Below, piece after piece: positions 28,620 through 41,583 of a stretch of 64,000 nt of DNA (within the stretch, counting starts at the first letter, position 1; each line of letters opens with the position of its first letter). The position numbers were made by a program, and so were the translations under genes. Below the pieces are notes generated by a model. The model was given only the letters and a program-made list of their open reading frames with translations. It was not told the origin of the DNA and did no database searches. Source of the stretch: the human T2T-CHM13v2.0 reference genome, Homo sapiens; the NCBI RefSeq assembly GCF_009914755.1, contig NC_060936.1, one strand, 5' to 3'.

Positions 28620-29760
28620 TGCAGGCACCTGGCGCTGGAGACCCGGCCTGGACGAGGCAGGGCTCAGGGCGCGGCTGGAGGGGCTCGCCCGGCGGGGCGC
28701 TGGAGCGGGAGAAGGGCGCCCTCTGCCGGGGGTGAGGAAGATCAGTCCGCACGCGCGGTGCCTTGGTCTTGCAGCCTGTTCGAACCTCGCGCGAGGACAT
28801 CCACTTCTTCCACGGGGAAAGTAGGAGGGTGGGGGCAGAAAAACCAAACTCCTGCCAAGAAGGTGCTTTGCACGAGCATTTTGCGACCCCATCCCTTCAG
28901 CCCCGAACCTCCCCCTGGCATAAGTGAAAGGACTGTAGTCAATTGCAGATGCTGTCAGGAAGCCAGGTGCGTCCTCACTCCCCAGCCCTAAAATCCAAAG
29001 AAAGAAGAGATTGTTTGAGACGATCTGAAGAAAGGTCAGGTCCTAACAGATCCACGGGACCTTCTTTTTCACCTTCCTCGTCTTGGGTTCTGGAGCACGG
29101 GCGCTGAATCAGCTGAATGCGGCCTGGGCATCTGGAAGTGGTCCTGAGGGACACCTCGCGGTGCAGCCCCCGGGACGACCCAGGACACCCTGGACACCCT
29201 GGACACCCAGGCCGAGAGCCGGGACCCGCCCACGCCTCCTCACTGCTGCTCGAGGGTAGGCAGGAGCACGCGGACCCCGTGGGGGCTGAAGCGGGGCTCT
29301 GCTGCCCGCCCTGCGCAAGCTCCCGGCTCTGGTTGCTGGTCCACAAAATCGGGAGGCTGAATTAGCCGGTCGGGTGGCCCCCAGCCTTATAGCTTCGAAT
29401 TCTGTGGTCCTATTTTAGACCCAGACTTGTCCGCGAAGGGAAATGAAGAGGCGCGGAAGGCTTGGAGCGTGAACCAAAAAACAATGGGTGGGGACCGTCT
29501 AATCAGCTCCCTTCCCTAGAAGGGCGGAAACGGCTTTCGAAGCATCCGCGTTTCTCTTTATTGAATCTTGAGTGACACCTAGTGGCCCATCCGCCTCACC
29601 GTCACGGCGATGCTGGTTTCACTGGGCTTTTCAGAAGGCGTGCTGGCCTGCCCATGGTTCTCGGCTAAAAGACTTTGGAGCGTAGGGTGCCGATGACGTT
29701 TCCTGGGACCTCCCGGAAGCACTTGCTGTCCCGTCAACAGCCCTGTACCTGCGATGCATG
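28620..29760. promoter_or_regulatory. CpG-island-like region, candidate promoter or regulatory element
   Basis: the only non-Alu stretch with dense CpG (CGCACGCGCGG, CTCGCGCGAGG, CCCGGGACG); GC boxes; CTCF-like motifs at ~28715 and ~29572; + strand donors CAG|GTAAGA (28450), GGG|GTGAGG (28731) and CAG|GTGCGT (28966). Confidence 0.8.
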
Positions 29761-30029
29761 CAATTCTAATGAAAATGCCCTTCTCGTCTGGAGGGCTTGC
29801 TTGAGCACATCCTGAGCTCTCAGGCAGCAAATATAGAGTCGGGTGCTATTCCGGGAGCTGGGCACACAAAGATGACCAACGCTTGGTTTCTGATCTCAAG
29901 AATCTCACAGCCCAGCTCGGGGGAAATGGACCAGTAGAAGAGTGTGTATTTGATGCTGTGGGGTAGAGGGGGTGGACCTAGCTCGGCCTAGAGACATCAA
30001 GAAAGTCACCCTTGAGCTGAGTTTTGAAG

Positions 30030-30646
30030 ATTAGGCAGAATTCTAAGATGACCCCTGAAGATTCTCAGCCCATCCCCCTCGCAGTGTACACACACCTTTG
30101 CCCAGTTATTCAATCAAACAATTTAGGTGCTTCTGTGAAGAGAATTTGCAGATGTAATTAAAGTTCCCAAATTAATTGATCTTAAGATCTGGAGATGATC
30201 CTGGGTAGGCCTAACCTAGCCAGGTGAACCTTTGAAAGGGACTGGATTGTCCTGGCAGAAGAGATTTGACAAGCGGCAAGAACTCATCATTGGCAAGATT
30301 TTCTTTGCTGGCTTTACAGATGAAAGGGGCCACGTGGCAAGGAATGCAGGCTGACTCTAGGAGCTCAGAACGACCCCTGCCTGACAGCCAGCAGAGAAAC
30401 CAGCCTTCAATCCTACCACTGCAAGAGCACTGAACTCTGCCAATAAGCAGGGAGTTTGGAAGGGATCCCCAAGCTGTATGAGACTTAGTCCCAGCTGACA
30501 CCTTGATTTTATCTCTGTAGGACCCTGAAGAGAGGACCCAGTCATGCTGCATTCAGGCTTCTGACCTCCAGAACTATGAACTAATAAATGGGTGTTTTAA
30601 GCTGTTATGTTTGCAATGTGTTATGAAGTCATAGGAAACTGATACA
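30030..30646 (+). mobile_element. MLT1E-type LTR
   Basis: TAGGCAGAATTCTAAGATGACCCC...ATAGGAAACTGATACA. Confidence 0.82.
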
Positions 30647-30799
30647 GATGGTCATTTCAAAGAGGGGAACCACATGACAAATGCTCAGAGCCATAAAGAA
30701 GCAGAGAACTAAAGTCATTCAGAGAACTAAAGACATTCGGCATAGCTGGACCATGGGGAGCAAAGGAGACGGTAAGATGTACTCACGAGAACTTGGCTT

Positions 30800-31000
30800 T
30801 GGATCAGAGAGAATGTGCCCTTGGGCTAGTTAACTTAGCTCTCTGTGCCTCAGTTTTCCCAAAGGTAAAATGGAATCATAATTATAGTTAAAACATAGAG
30901 TTGTTATGTTAGTGGCCCATAGGCATATAGAAAGTTCAACACAGCCTTGGGATATAATAAGTGTTCCAAAAATGTTAGGTAGTAATAGCTTTAGTAATTA
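30800..31000 (+). mobile_element. MIR
   Basis: CTCTCTGTGCCTCAGTTTTCCC..GTAAAATGG. Confidence 0.7.
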
Positions 31001-31644
31001 ATCATGTAGTTAATGGACTGGAATAAGAAGAGGACAAGTCATGTGGTTTTTACAGAGTGGTCTGGGGACCATCTGCACTGGATGAGTCCAGCGGTGAGCT
31101 TATTAAAAACCCACATGCCTGGATTGTACCTTGGTCTTACCAAATCAGACTCTCTGGGGGTAGAGCCTGAGAATCTGCACTTTCAAGAAGCTTCCAAAGT
31201 GATCTTTGTGATAACCACCAAGCAAGAAATAAGAAGACTTGTAAGTAGGTCACTGTAGTAGTCCAGGCAGGAGTGGCTGATAAAATCAAGCAAGGCACTG
31301 GCAATGAGAACAGGGAGCGGGTGTGGCACTCTTTGAGGCAGGTGGAAACTACGGAACTGAGTAATCAGACAGGGGTGGTGGAAAGGAAGGAGGGCAGAGG
31401 ATGAGCTGGAATCACCGTGGGGAGGTGAGTTCGGGGAGGATTGACTCAGATTGGGTCATGAGAGTCCAGACATCTGTGGGGTATCCAAGTGGAATGTCAC
31501 ATAGACAGTTAGAAAGACTAAAATGTAGGAGGTACATTGGTGCTAAAAATACAACGTTAAGTGTACATGAGTCCATGAAGTAATGGGATGATGCTGGCAG
31601 AATAGGAAGATGGTCAGGAACAGAACTTCAAATGTACCAGTTTT

Positions 31645-31933
31645 GGCCAGGTGCGGTGGCTCACGCCTGTAATCCCAGCACTTTGGGAGGCCCAGGCAGG
31701 CAATCATGTGAGGTCAGGAGTTAGAGACAAGCCTGGCAAACATGGTGAAACCCTGTCTCTACTAAATATACAAAAATTAGCTGGGCATGGTGGCACGTGC
31801 CTGTAATCCCAGCTACTTGGGAGGCTGAGGCAGGAGAATCACTTGAACCCAGGAAGTGAAGGTTGCGGTGAGCCAAGATCGTGCCACTGCACTCCAGCCT
31901 GAGTGACATAGTGAGACTCTGCCTCAGAAAAAA
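31645..31933 (+). mobile_element. AluS, inside a decayed antisense L2
   Basis: full dimer. Confidence 0.95.
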
Positions 31934-32675
31934 AGTACCAATTGTGGGCGCTGGGGGACCTAAGAGACTGAGAAAGAGCCACCAGAATGGTTGACTGGGT
32001 GTTGGGTGGACAGAAGTCCGAGGGGGTGGCCATCAGCCAGCCTTGGAGCAGTTCAAATGGAAAAAGTCTGTGCACATGCCTGACACCTAGTCACCAGCAG
32101 ATCAATGGTGGGCTCAGCAGGGCTCCTTTCAGTAGGATGAGGAAGGAGGGAGCCAGACTGCAGCCTGGGAATGTACAGAAGGCAAGGAAGTGGGGATTGT
32201 TCTTTAGCAATGTGGCTGTGAAAAAAGGAAAAAAATAGGGCAGGAATTAGAGATTCACACAGCCCTTCCTCTCCCATTGCATTGGTGCAAACCTACACAC
32301 GTGACTGAAAAACATGGCTGAGCCGGGCAGCCATGTGGTGCCTGCTGAACCCAGATTGTGGCAGAAGTGGAGGGGATAGGTAGGGAGGGTGAGGCTCTCA
32401 GAGAAGGAAGGGGAGCCTAGGTGCTGAAGACCAGCGGTGCACCGATGTTTACAAGTGTAGGGCTGGACCACGAGGCCAAGAAGAAGCTGGGGTGGGGATG
32501 GGGTTTCTCTGTGGGGATGGAGGCATGGGGAGGATGGCGGTCAACGGGCCAAAGGATCACTGAGCTGTGTTGAGGGCCCAAATGGGGTTAGGGGATAAGA
32601 ATCCAGTGTGGAGAAATGGTGCAACTTTGGGGAAATGTCCTCAATTATTCTTTGCCTCAGTTAGCTCATCTGTAC

Positions 32676-33089
32676 TGTCTTAGTCCATTTTCTGTTGCTT
32701 ATAACAGAATACCTGAAACTGGGTGATTTATAAATAGAAGGAACTTATTCTTACAGTTATGAAGGCTGAGAAGTCCAAGGTCGAGGGGCCACATTTGCTG
32801 AGGGCGTCCTTGCTGCTGGGAGCTCTCTGCAGAGTTCCAAGATGGTGCACAGCAGCACAGGGCCAGGGGGCTGAGCATGCTAGCTCAGGTCCCTCTTCCT
32901 CTTCTTATAAAGCCACCGTCCCACTCCCTGGATAACCCATTAATCCATTAACCCATATATAAATTAATCCATTCATGAAGCCCAAGCCCTCATGACCCAA
33001 TCACCTCAAGGCTCCACCTCTCAATACTGCCATGCTGGGGATTCAGTTTCAACATGAGCTTGGAGGAGACAAATATTCACATCATAGTA
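32676..33089 (-). mobile_element. MSTD LTR inserted in a MIR
   Basis: TGTCTTAGTCCATTTTCTGTTGCTTATAACAGAATACC...; TSD TGTAC/TGTGC; MIR sequence on both sides. Confidence 0.85.
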
Positions 33090-33219
33090 TGTGCCATGGA
33101 AATAATAGTAATGCCTCCCTAAGAACACCTTATAGAGGATTCCCTGAGATGACATTCAAGTGACCGGCACATAGTAGCATTAACAAATGACAGCTACCAA
33201 GAGGATTATGGTTACTATT

Positions 33220-33995
33220 TTATAAGTCAGATAATGACATGTCTCTGTTTAGAACCCCCTGGTCGCCTTCCATCTCACCCAAAGTGGAAGCCGAAGTCCT
33301 TAACTAGGACCATGTGGTCATGCACAATCTGGCCTGACACTTACCTTTCCCTTGGTTCCCTCTGCTCCAGCCACCCTGACCTCAATGTTATTCACCAAAC
33401 ACATTCCTCTACCAGCAACACTCTTATCCTAGTTGGCCTTGTGGGTCATTCCCTCCCTTCCTTCAGGACTTTGCTCAGTGTCACCTCCTCAGTGAGACCT
33501 TCCTTGATCTCCTCAGTTTCAATTTGAACCACCCTTGCCCCATCCCCAAGGGCTTCTTGCCCTCTTCCCTGCTTTCTTGCACTTCCCACTGTGGCCATGC
33601 TCAGGGTTTTATTTATGTGCTTTCTATTGTCTGCCGTGCCTAATTAGAATGCTTTTCTTTTGCTCACTGAAGTATCCCTAAGCCCTGCAACAGTGCAAAT
33701 AGTTGGCACTCGGCAAATCTCGATCATGCACTAAAGTCTTGGCTCAAATGTCCCCTCTTTTAGAGAGCCTCACCTGCCATTCTATCTAAAGTAGCCCCCG
33801 AATCACCCCTTATCCCCTGACTGCTTTGATTTTCTTCATGGAACCATACCTGGTATTATATATTTGTCTATTCACTCATTGCTTGTCTCCCCAGCTAGAT
33901 GCAGCAAGGTCTTAGTTGAATTGACTGGTACATCCCAAGTGCCTGTAATAACACCAGGTACAAACTAGGCACATGATACATATTTGCTGAATGAT
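33220..33995 (+). mobile_element. L2 3' fragments (two tandem ends)
   Basis: CTTTGCTCAGTGTCACCTCCTCAGTGAGACCTTCC; TTGGCTCAAATGTCCCCT; ATATTTGCTGAATGA. Confidence 0.7.
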
Positions 33996-34399
33996 GGTGG
34001 TATCGTTGTTATTTACTGTTATTATTAATAGTGATATTAGAAAGCAGAAGATAAGGAGTAGTTGATCCCTGAGAGTGGAGTAAGGCAGGGGAGGACTATC
34101 CTAAATGGATAGTGGAAGCTACAAGAAGGAACAAGAATACCTGCTGGCTACTCCCAGGCCAATCCCCTCTTAGGCACCAAAAGCATAGACTACACCACAG
34201 GCAACAACCAGGGTGTTTCTTGCTCTATAAATATTTGCAAGGTGAATGCACAGAAACTTCTTGGAACTTTTGAAGGAGCATCATTAACACCAATATCTGA
34301 TCAATTTGTTCTAAGAGGTATGGGGCAGCACTCCATTATTAAATTGCAATTTAGTAGCTAAGGCAAGCTCTGGGATCATGTGCTCAAGAGAGAAGAAAT

Positions 34400-34569
34400 G
34401 AAGCAGAGCACAGACAACAGAATCACGCTGCCTGGTTCAAATCTTAGCTTTGCCACCTATTTGAATAATGTCTCTGTGCCTCAGTTTCCTCATCTGTAAA
34501 ATGAGGATGAATAATACCTCATACAGTTGCTATAAGGACACACACACACACACAACAGTGCCTGGCATG
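34400..34569 (+). mobile_element. MIR
   Basis: CTCTGTGCCTCAGTTTCCTCATCTGTAAAATGAGGAT. Confidence 0.85.
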
Positions 34570-35015
34570 TGTCAAGGACTGTGAAAGCTCTGGAATTTTT
34601 ATCCTACTTGCAAGCTCGCAAGTTAGCCTGCCACATTTCATAGAAGCTGGTGGGTGACGTGAGACCCCTGGTCAGAAGCAAAGGACTTTATTACTCACAG
34701 CAACAGCTATAGCAGTAGCATCAGTATTTGTGCTAGTTCCCTGAGCTCAGTTCCTATGGAGTGACACAAAGGCATCACCGGCACATACAGTGGGCTGCAT
34801 TACAGGAGGGGAACCCTGAGCTTAGAGAACCCAAATCTTTTATAATGGGCAGTCAGCATGCCTGCTCTTTGCTCCAGGAGAAGATACTATCTCTGTCTTC
34901 TAAGGCTGTTTGCTAATAAGCATCTTTGAAAAGATAACCCACAACAAAAAGTCAGTGCTCCTGCTCATAAGATGTGCAGAAGTAAGAGCGATCCGTGGAG
35001 AATTGCCTCTCAAGA
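34570..35015 (-). mobile_element. LTR47-family solo LTR
   Basis: reverse complement begins ..GAGAGGCAATTCTCCACGG..TTCTGCACATCTTATGAGCAG; perfect 5-bp TSD GCATG (34565-34569 / 35016-35020). Confidence 0.8.
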
Positions 35016-36979
35016 GCATGTGGTAAGAACTTTATTATTAGTATGGGAAAATGAACTTATACTACATAACTTTCTTCTGGTGACTTTAAAATTGATAGAA
35101 ATTAGAGCAAATCAGGACATGGACTAAGGAAAAGTTACAAAGACTAATGGCAAGTCAAGGAATCCGAGTTAACATTCGGTGACTAGACTCCCAAATGCGT
35201 TTCACAAATGGGTTTCCAGAAAAACTGCTGTCAGCAATTGATTGTGATATGGGGCAAATGAGTTTGCAATTTCATGATGAATAATCTATCACTCCCTATC
35301 TTAGAAACTCAGGCATTCCATCTTTTTTGACAGGCAGCATGTATATTCTATTGCCAGGAAGGAAGGCAGTTGTCAAATTCCTAATTTTTCTCTTTGAAAA
35401 ATTAACATTTAACTCAAACGTAAGATCTAGAGGAACACATAAGATCTTAATTACAAAGTGCAATCCAAGATTTGCACTAATTAATATGCTGATGAAAAAT
35501 TCATTGAAATTCAGAGAAGAACCAAGAGGGAAAAAATTGGCCAGTGTTAACACTGAGTTCTATAAAATGTGTAAGTCTATCCAAATAGGCAGCTGCCTTT
35601 CTCGGATAATTATCATTTCATCATTCATGATTATTTTATTTGTAAGACTTTAGTTGCACATCCAAAACTATGCAGACAGAATATTTCCTTAAACTTTCTG
35701 ATTTCTAACAGTTAAATTATACTAGTATATGAGGGACTTTTAAAGACCAGCTTAGTTACCTGAAATATGGGGGTTTTTTGTTTTTTTGTTTTTGTTTTTG
35801 TTTTTTTTTAAGTGAGAGAAGCCATGTGCTTGATTCCTGGTTTTGGCATTCACTAACTGTGACCTCCCGCAGGTTGCTTAAGCCCTTTGAGCCTGTTCCT
35901 CCTATCCAAATGGGGACAATAATAATGCATGAGGTTGTGGTAAGGAATGGCTATTGTTGTGAATCAGTTGCATGCCTTCCTTTTAGTCTTCATCACACCA
36001 GACCTGGTACTAGATGGGGACTGAAATATAGTAACTGATTTGTTATTGATACAGCTGGGTTGATGAATAAGCTAGTAAGTACTCAGGCTGAAAACTGGGC
36101 TTCCACCCTCCCCAAGCCCCCAGGTCCTGAGACCTGGGAGGATAGAGATTGTATCTGCAGATCCACACCCAGGCAGCCTCAGGGAGGATGCCAGGCTGCC
36201 CACTGCCCCCCACCCCCGACCCCCATCCTCATCCATGAGGATTAGGAAAGAGAGCAGCCAGTGTAGTGAGAGGGTAAGGAAGGTCTCCTGGGTATCTGGA
36301 ACTAGGACTGGAGAGGGGCCTCAGCTTGAGGCAGGCAGCATGGGTCCCTTTATGAGACCAGAGCTTTGCAGCGTGGAGGAGGAGGGAGAAGGGAGGGGTA
36401 AGGTTGTGTTCCCCTGGCCCCACCAGACAATCTCACCAATCTCATAACTGCTTCCACTCAATGGAGAGCGATCATGGGGGCAGATGTTCCTTCTGACTCA
36501 TGAAGTTTCCATCTCCTGAGCAACTGAGTAAAAGCGCCCCTCCCAGGCCTCTCTGAGTCATCCAGCCCCCACGTGGCCAGTCCCCCACATGGCCAGCCCC
36601 CTCCACGGCCATCAGAGTCTCTTTCCAGAGTGAAAATTTAGTCAGTATCTCAGAGGATAAAGTCCAGCCAGACACATGAGGACTTCAGTGGTATGAACCC
36701 TGTTTCATTTCCCACGTCACATGCCCTTTGCCACACCACCCTGCCACTCCCAGCCCACCACTCTCAACCCCAAACAAGCCGTGCACCTGTTGTGGCCCAG
36801 CCCTCCCACCTAACATACCCTTGCCCCCTGTCCATTGGTCCACAGTACTCATCCTTCATGAACTACTTTAAACACCTCCTCTGCCTTGAACTGTCTCTGA
36901 CTCTCACCTCCCAAGGCTGGTTTGCTCCTTATCTCCTGGGGGTCCCACACCTTGGTTTCTCTAAGCACGCACGCAGATG

Positions 36980-37190
36980 CCAGCTGTCTGGATTCAAATC
37001 CAGTACCTGTGTGACCTTAGGCAAGTTACATAAGTTCGCTGCTCGGTTTCCTTATTGGCAAAATAGGGATGACAATTGTACTGCATGGTGGTTATAAAGA
37101 TTATACAAAAATACAAAAAACACTTATAAATTGTACTTGGCCCATACTAAGCACTTTATAAGCGTTGGCTGTTATAATCATTATTACTAT
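36980..37190 (+). mobile_element. MIR
   Basis: GGATTCAAATCC..CTGTGTGACCTTAGGCAAGTTAC. Confidence 0.8.
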
Positions 37191-37555
37191 TATTTACCAA
37201 GTTGGTGATTTTTCTACATCCTAATACCACTAGGTCTATTATTATTTCCTTTAAATCAACTTCATCAGTCTCCTGAGCAGTGTCTGTGGAATTACAGGTT
37301 GGAAGGGATAGTTATGTTTATATAATACAATTGAAAATAAAATACATAATGATTTAAATAAAACCTGATCATCTGAACTCCACGCCCGCCGTTCCTCACC
37401 ATTATTTCCTCTCCAAGTACACCGGGAATAACACTGTTTTATGATGTTACTCAATCATTCATTCATCTGTCTGCAGAGATTATAAGTTGCATGAAGGCAG
37501 GCACCGAAGCTGGATTCATGTTTTACTCTGCAAACAGTTTACAAGTGCCCTAGAC

Positions 37556-37874
37556 CAGGGGTCCCCAACCCCCAAGCCACGAACTGGTACCAGATTGTGG
37601 CCTATTAGGATCTGGGCCACCAGCAGGCGGTGAGTGCAGGTGAGCAAGCATTACTGCCTGAGCTCCGCCTCCTGTCAGCTCAGCTGCAGCATTAGATTCT
37701 CACAAAAGCCCGAACCCTATTGTGAACTGCTGATGCGAGGGATCTAGGTTATGCGCTCCTTATGAGAATCTAATCCCTGATCCCCAAATCATCCCTCCCG
37801 ACTCCCTCCCATTTGTGGAAAAACTGTCTTCCACAAAACCAGTCCCTGGTGCCAAAAAAGGTTGGGGACTGCTG
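37556..37874 (+). mobile_element. MER1B (hAT-Charlie), full length
   Basis: CAGGGGTCCCCAACC...GGTTGGGGACTGCTG TIRs; perfect 8-bp TSD CCCTAGAC. Confidence 0.93.
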
Positions 37875-39726
37875 CCCTAGACTCGTCACACACGCTTGAT
37901 AACTGTTAGTGAAATGGATGAATGAATGCAGTTGACTGAAATGCATCAACTGATGTTCAGGAACCCAGAACATTCTACATGAAGGTCAGAAAATAATAAA
38001 TTAAGAATTTCACAATAAACAAATTGTGAAATAAAATAGCAAATTAAGAACGGACGTGAGCTGCCACCTCCCTCTTCCCACCTGTACCCCGGGACAATGA
38101 GAATGGCCTCCACTCTTAATTTTCCTCTCTTCCCTTTCAACAGACTAACCTCCTGGCTTTTTGACAGCAAGTTGAAGGGGTTTTTAAGATGGAATGAATC
38201 TTGCAGTTGTAATGAATCAGAAATTGGGGGAAAACATCAGATTTTAGCAGCAGCAGAATTCTCTCACTGTTTAAAAAGCACTTGTCCCTTAGGCTTGGAG
38301 AGATTAGAAGCTAATAATTTGTATTGAAATCCAGCAAAGCTCTTCACAGAGTCCTATTGCTTGTCCCTGTCTTTTGAATGACAAGTAGGAAAATAGAGAC
38401 TGATTTGAAAACCTAGGGCTATTTAACTAAAGCAGCAATAATTCTTCCATTAGAAACTAAGAAATGAGAAGGTAGGAATGGCCCAGACACCACAACAAAA
38501 CAGATGTTGCTGGTGGAAGGCCACACCTTTTTCCAAATGAAACTCACCAGCCCTTCAAGTTGAGTTAGCTTTCTAACCCTCTGGACCTCAAAGTGGCAAA
38601 AATATTTTTACATGCTAGTTAAAATGCCCTCAAGCTACAGTCATTAGATTTGCTGGACAGTGGCATCATTCTGATGTTATCGGCTCTGTCTTCCCGTTTT
38701 CATGAATAATGTATAAGAAGCAGCTATTAGAAATGGATTCTTCCATGGCTGACAGTATCACCACCAGACAAGCCCCTGGATTCTCAGTCATTTCATCTGT
38801 AGCTCTAACAGATCTCCCTTCTTTTCCCTCTCACTGCTTTCTGCCTGCCTTTCATGGATGGAGACTCTTCCAAAGACTCCTTATCCCTGCTTCTCCCTCA
38901 ATACTAGGAAACTGGCAGGGAGGCAAAAGGAGGAGCCCATTACCTTCCTGCCTTTTAACTGTTGCTCAGTGTCAGAGGAGGAGTGCTGGGCCTCCTGATG
39001 AAACCAAGTTCATCGTCTTGCCTCCTGGCCCTGCCAGCCTTGCTCTGGAGCCAAATGCCTGCCAAAAGATGCTTTTCCTTGGGCACAGGCAAGAGCTGGA
39101 AGGGAAGCTGTGCTGAGCCTCCTCTACCTGCTCTTTTTTTTTCTGTATCTTTCTATGTTTGCATCTATCATACCTTTACAAAGAAAACAAAGATCTTTAA
39201 GTCCCCTGCTTTCATTCATTCATTCATTCATTCATTCATTTAACATATTTTTCATTGTTTGTGAAGCTTCCATTGACAGAGGTGGGCAGTAATCAAGGAT
39301 TATTGAGATAAATATAAAATGTTTTACAAAGAAGAGCAGCAATTTTGAGAGTGTCTAATAGAGGGAAGTAGCTGAGTTAGGGAAGTCAGTAAGGGGATAT
39401 GAAGATTGAGCTAAAGAGCTCAAAGACAAGGAACCTAAAATCAGTGAATGGGATCCAGGCAGCAGAAACTGCATGTGCGAAGTCTCTGCAGCAGGAGTGG
39501 GTGTGGCCTATGTTAGAGAAACTGGAAGAAGACCTGGGGCCAGAGCACAGTTTGCTAACAGGATTCAGGGCTTCTCCAACCCCTTTGACACTTGCCCACT
39601 TTTTTCTTCCTGTTACTGCCCCCTCCCATAGAGTCTGAGGACGGTGGTCTTGGCTCTCCTCCCAGCTTCTGATGGGTCCTACCCTCCCGGGCTCCTCTAC
39701 TATTGCCTTTCAACTATTGCTGCTAA

Positions 39727-40531
39727 TGATATGAACAGGAGACAGGGAAATACTGGGTAGAAGAGGATGGTTCCCAGGCAAAGGCCCCGCCCTCAAGCCT
39801 GGAGACTCACAGCCCTAAGTGGGAACAGGCATTTCTGTTTTCACACCCAAAAAGTTGCCTTTTGGCCTGCCAGATCCACCTATCCTATACCTGTATAAAC
39901 CCTGAACCCCAGGCTCCAGAAGCATATGAGCAGAAGAGGAAATGAGGAGATGAGGGGACAAGTGGACAAACAGCACAACAGCACAGCAGAGAAAGAGAAA
40001 AGAGAAGGAGCATCTGAACGCCAAGAGGAGTCCAGCTGGGGGCGGTCAAAGAGGAGTTTGGCCGCTAGACCTCCAAAACTCCAAGGGAAGGCTATCTTCC
40101 CATTCCATCCCCCTTCCAGCTCCCCATCCATCCCACTAAGAGCCACCTCCACCACTCAATAAAACCCCGCATTCATCCTTCAAGTCCGTGTGTGACTTGA
40201 TTCTTTCAGGACGCTGGGCAAGAGCTCTGGATATATACAGAAAGCTGTCACACTGGCCCACTGCCCTTGTGAAAAGGCAGAAGGCCCATTGAGCTGGTAA
40301 ATACATAAGCTGTCTGTGAATGGCAAGGCTGAAAGAGCACAGTGTAACACGTGCCCACTTGGGCTTTGGGAGTCGCAGACACCCACCCCTAGATGCTGCC
40401 ATGGGGCGGGAACCCGAAAGCACTCACTCTGGTTCCTGCACCTGACCTGTCAGGGGTTCGAGCAGCAGCGACCAAACAGGTGACCTCTGTCGCATGTCCT
40501 GCAAAGGGGATCAGGGAACTCTCCCGTTTCA
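39727..40531 (+). mobile_element. MER50 solo LTR (ERV1)
   Basis: TGATATGAACAGGAGACAGGGAAATACTGGGTAGAAGAGG...CTCTCCCGTTTCA; perfect 4-bp TSD CTAA; TATAAA ~39894 and AATAAA ~40158. Confidence 0.88.
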
Positions 40532-40589
40532 CTAACTTAGAACTTTCCTCTGTCTCTGTGCCCTGGTGTCAAACACAGAGCCTGCCACC

Positions 40590-40748
40590 GTGGGTGCCTG
40601 TAGTTCCAGCTACTTAGGAGGCTGAGGCAGGAGAATAGCGTGAACCCAGGAGGCGGAGCTTGCAGTGAGCTGAGGTTGCACCACTGCACTGCAGCCTGGG
40701 TGACAGAGCGAAACTCTGTCTCGGGGAAAAAAGAAAAGAAAAGAAAAG
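40590..40748 (+). mobile_element. Alu right monomer only, AluY-like
   Basis: GCGTGAACCCAGGAGGCGGAGCTTGCAGTGAGC diagnostic; left arm absent. Confidence 0.85.
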
Positions 40749-41174
40749 CACAATGCATGCAATGAGCCTCTATTGTTCCGGGTCCCAGTTGAAAACTTGA
40801 AAACATTCTGACCACTCAATATGAGAATGATTAAATAAACAATGGTACACACAATATTGGAGTGTCATATGATCATTAAAGGTAATGTTTCTTCAGACTA
40901 ATGATCTTGGAAATGTCTCTTGGTGGAACATTAATTTTCAAGACAGAATACAAAATTCATCATAAAGCATGATCTAAATTGTATTTGGAAAAATGTATAT
41001 GCAAATAAAAAGACTAGAAGCAAATTCAGCAAAATATTAACAGGCTATCTATTAGTGGCACTATTGCTGGTTTTTATCTCCTTTTTATACTACTCCATTT
41101 CTCCCAAAATGTGCTAACTTAATAAATAATTTAAGTGAGTTGATTTAATTGAACTAAAATTCAAGCACTTATTA

Positions 41175-41583
<409 letters not shown>

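Noticed and set aside
28975-29365. GC-rich ORFs with GCP/GHP collagen-like repeats
   Set aside because: Explained by the 9-bp tandem repeat and the low stop-codon density of a CpG island; no recognisable domain.
30702-30737. 18-bp tandem duplication CAGAGAACTAAAG(T/A)CATT
   Set aside because: An ordinary slippage duplication with no further structure.
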